From Parasitella parasitica NRRL 2501 (lineage: Eukaryota > Fungi > Mucoromycota): a DNA stretch of 53,926 bases. The notes under the pieces are model-generated. The model did no database searches. It saw only the letters and a list, made by a program, of their open reading frames with translations, and had not been told where the DNA came from. Every line of letters begins with the position of its first letter. Position 1 is the first letter of the stretch. The DNA is taken from positions 113,274 to 167,199 of the forward strand of contig MU619306.1 in NCBI GenBank assembly GCA_025201805.1, read 5' to 3'. Below, piece after piece: positions 52,960 to 53,926 of the stretch. Position numbers and translations under genes: made by a program.

Positions 52960-53926
52960 ATGATATCTGGGTCAATTTTTTAAATTATATTGATATTTAA
53001 AACACAATCACGAATAAAATTCGGAAAAACATCAATAATTAGCGAACAAATTCATTCAGATCCTCAATATACCATTTGCAGTAACTGCCCAGATGTACAG
53101 TGCTTCCACTCTCAACTTACCAAAGTTTTGAAAACACTGCCAACATTTTTGAAAAAAATTGCCCACTTGTGCAAGGCTAATTTGCCCATAAAAAAGAGAC
53201 TAATGAGGCCTGATGTTTGAAGCTAATTTGACCAGTTTTGTGAGAATAAATTAACCAATTTCTGGTCAAATATATTACAAATTACTAAGGTATAATACCC
53301 TATAAAAAACATTTGGCATTATAAGACTTCATTAAGAACAAGCCCACAGGGCGACGCCGTAATCGACACTATGGCCTCGCCGATGTTCTCATAAGAATAT
53401 AGATGTGCATGAACGGGAACATTTTTTAGAGCCGAAAAAAGTGCTTATCGAGCTAGGTTAAGGCGATAAATGTGCTCATGCGAGAACAAAAATTGAAACA
53501 TCTTATGATCTGCCATAATTATAGATAGGAGATCATGGCAATGTACTTCAATTGAAGATTGAAGATTGTGATGTATACGCACTGCTACATCTGCACTATA
53601 TCAATTCCTACAAGTACTACGCTTGCTGATTTACTGCAAATATATTATATGATTGTATCAGATACGAATCAGTATAATATCTCAACGGTCACTGGATATC
53701 GCAATGTCTTGGCTGCCATGACATCAACAAGATATGCAGACTTGCTCAAATGTCAAGGTGCAAACAAACTATTTGATATGTTACATCAGCTCATATTCTT
53801 GGATCAATCTCAACAATGAAACATATCAAACCAATTGACAACGATAACACGGTGTATTTTCTATTCGTTCATCAACAGTGACAACATACTATCACATTAA
53901 TCTATTGGTTATTACAGCTACCATCT

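Noticed and set aside
51479-53926. Short ORFs in the AT-rich tail
   Set aside because: Low-complexity, motif-free and probably spurious; only the tRNA is supported.

Overview
Intron-rich, AT-rich eukaryotic DNA with short introns (mostly ~55-110 nt). It is most consistent with a Mucorales fungus (inference from gene content, intron style and TE types). About 19 host genes are supportable: dTMP kinase, dynein LIC, Arb2/FAM172A, APSES TF, F-box protein, S1 protease, fused LKR/SDH, a glutaredoxin-like gene missed by the ORF track, METTL4, GlcN6P deaminase, DAHP synthase, YdcZ-type DMT transporter, GPI wall protein, Vps3/TGFBRAP1, NDUFS7, mucin-like sensor, RINGv ligase, RPS3 and PP6/Sit4. There is also a tRNA-Ala(UGC) and several Tc1/IS630 remnants. 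The most unusual object is a ~2.4 kb element (13843-16223) bounded by composite terminal inverted repeats that contain 12-bp arrays. Its only cargo is a decayed C2H2 zinc-finger + PD-(D/E)xK nuclease-like ORF, with no DDE transposase. Splicing oddities include an APSES start codon built by splicing (A|TG), a 3-nt micro-exon in RPS3 and two GC-AG introns. Exon boundaries were read by eye and no database searches were run.
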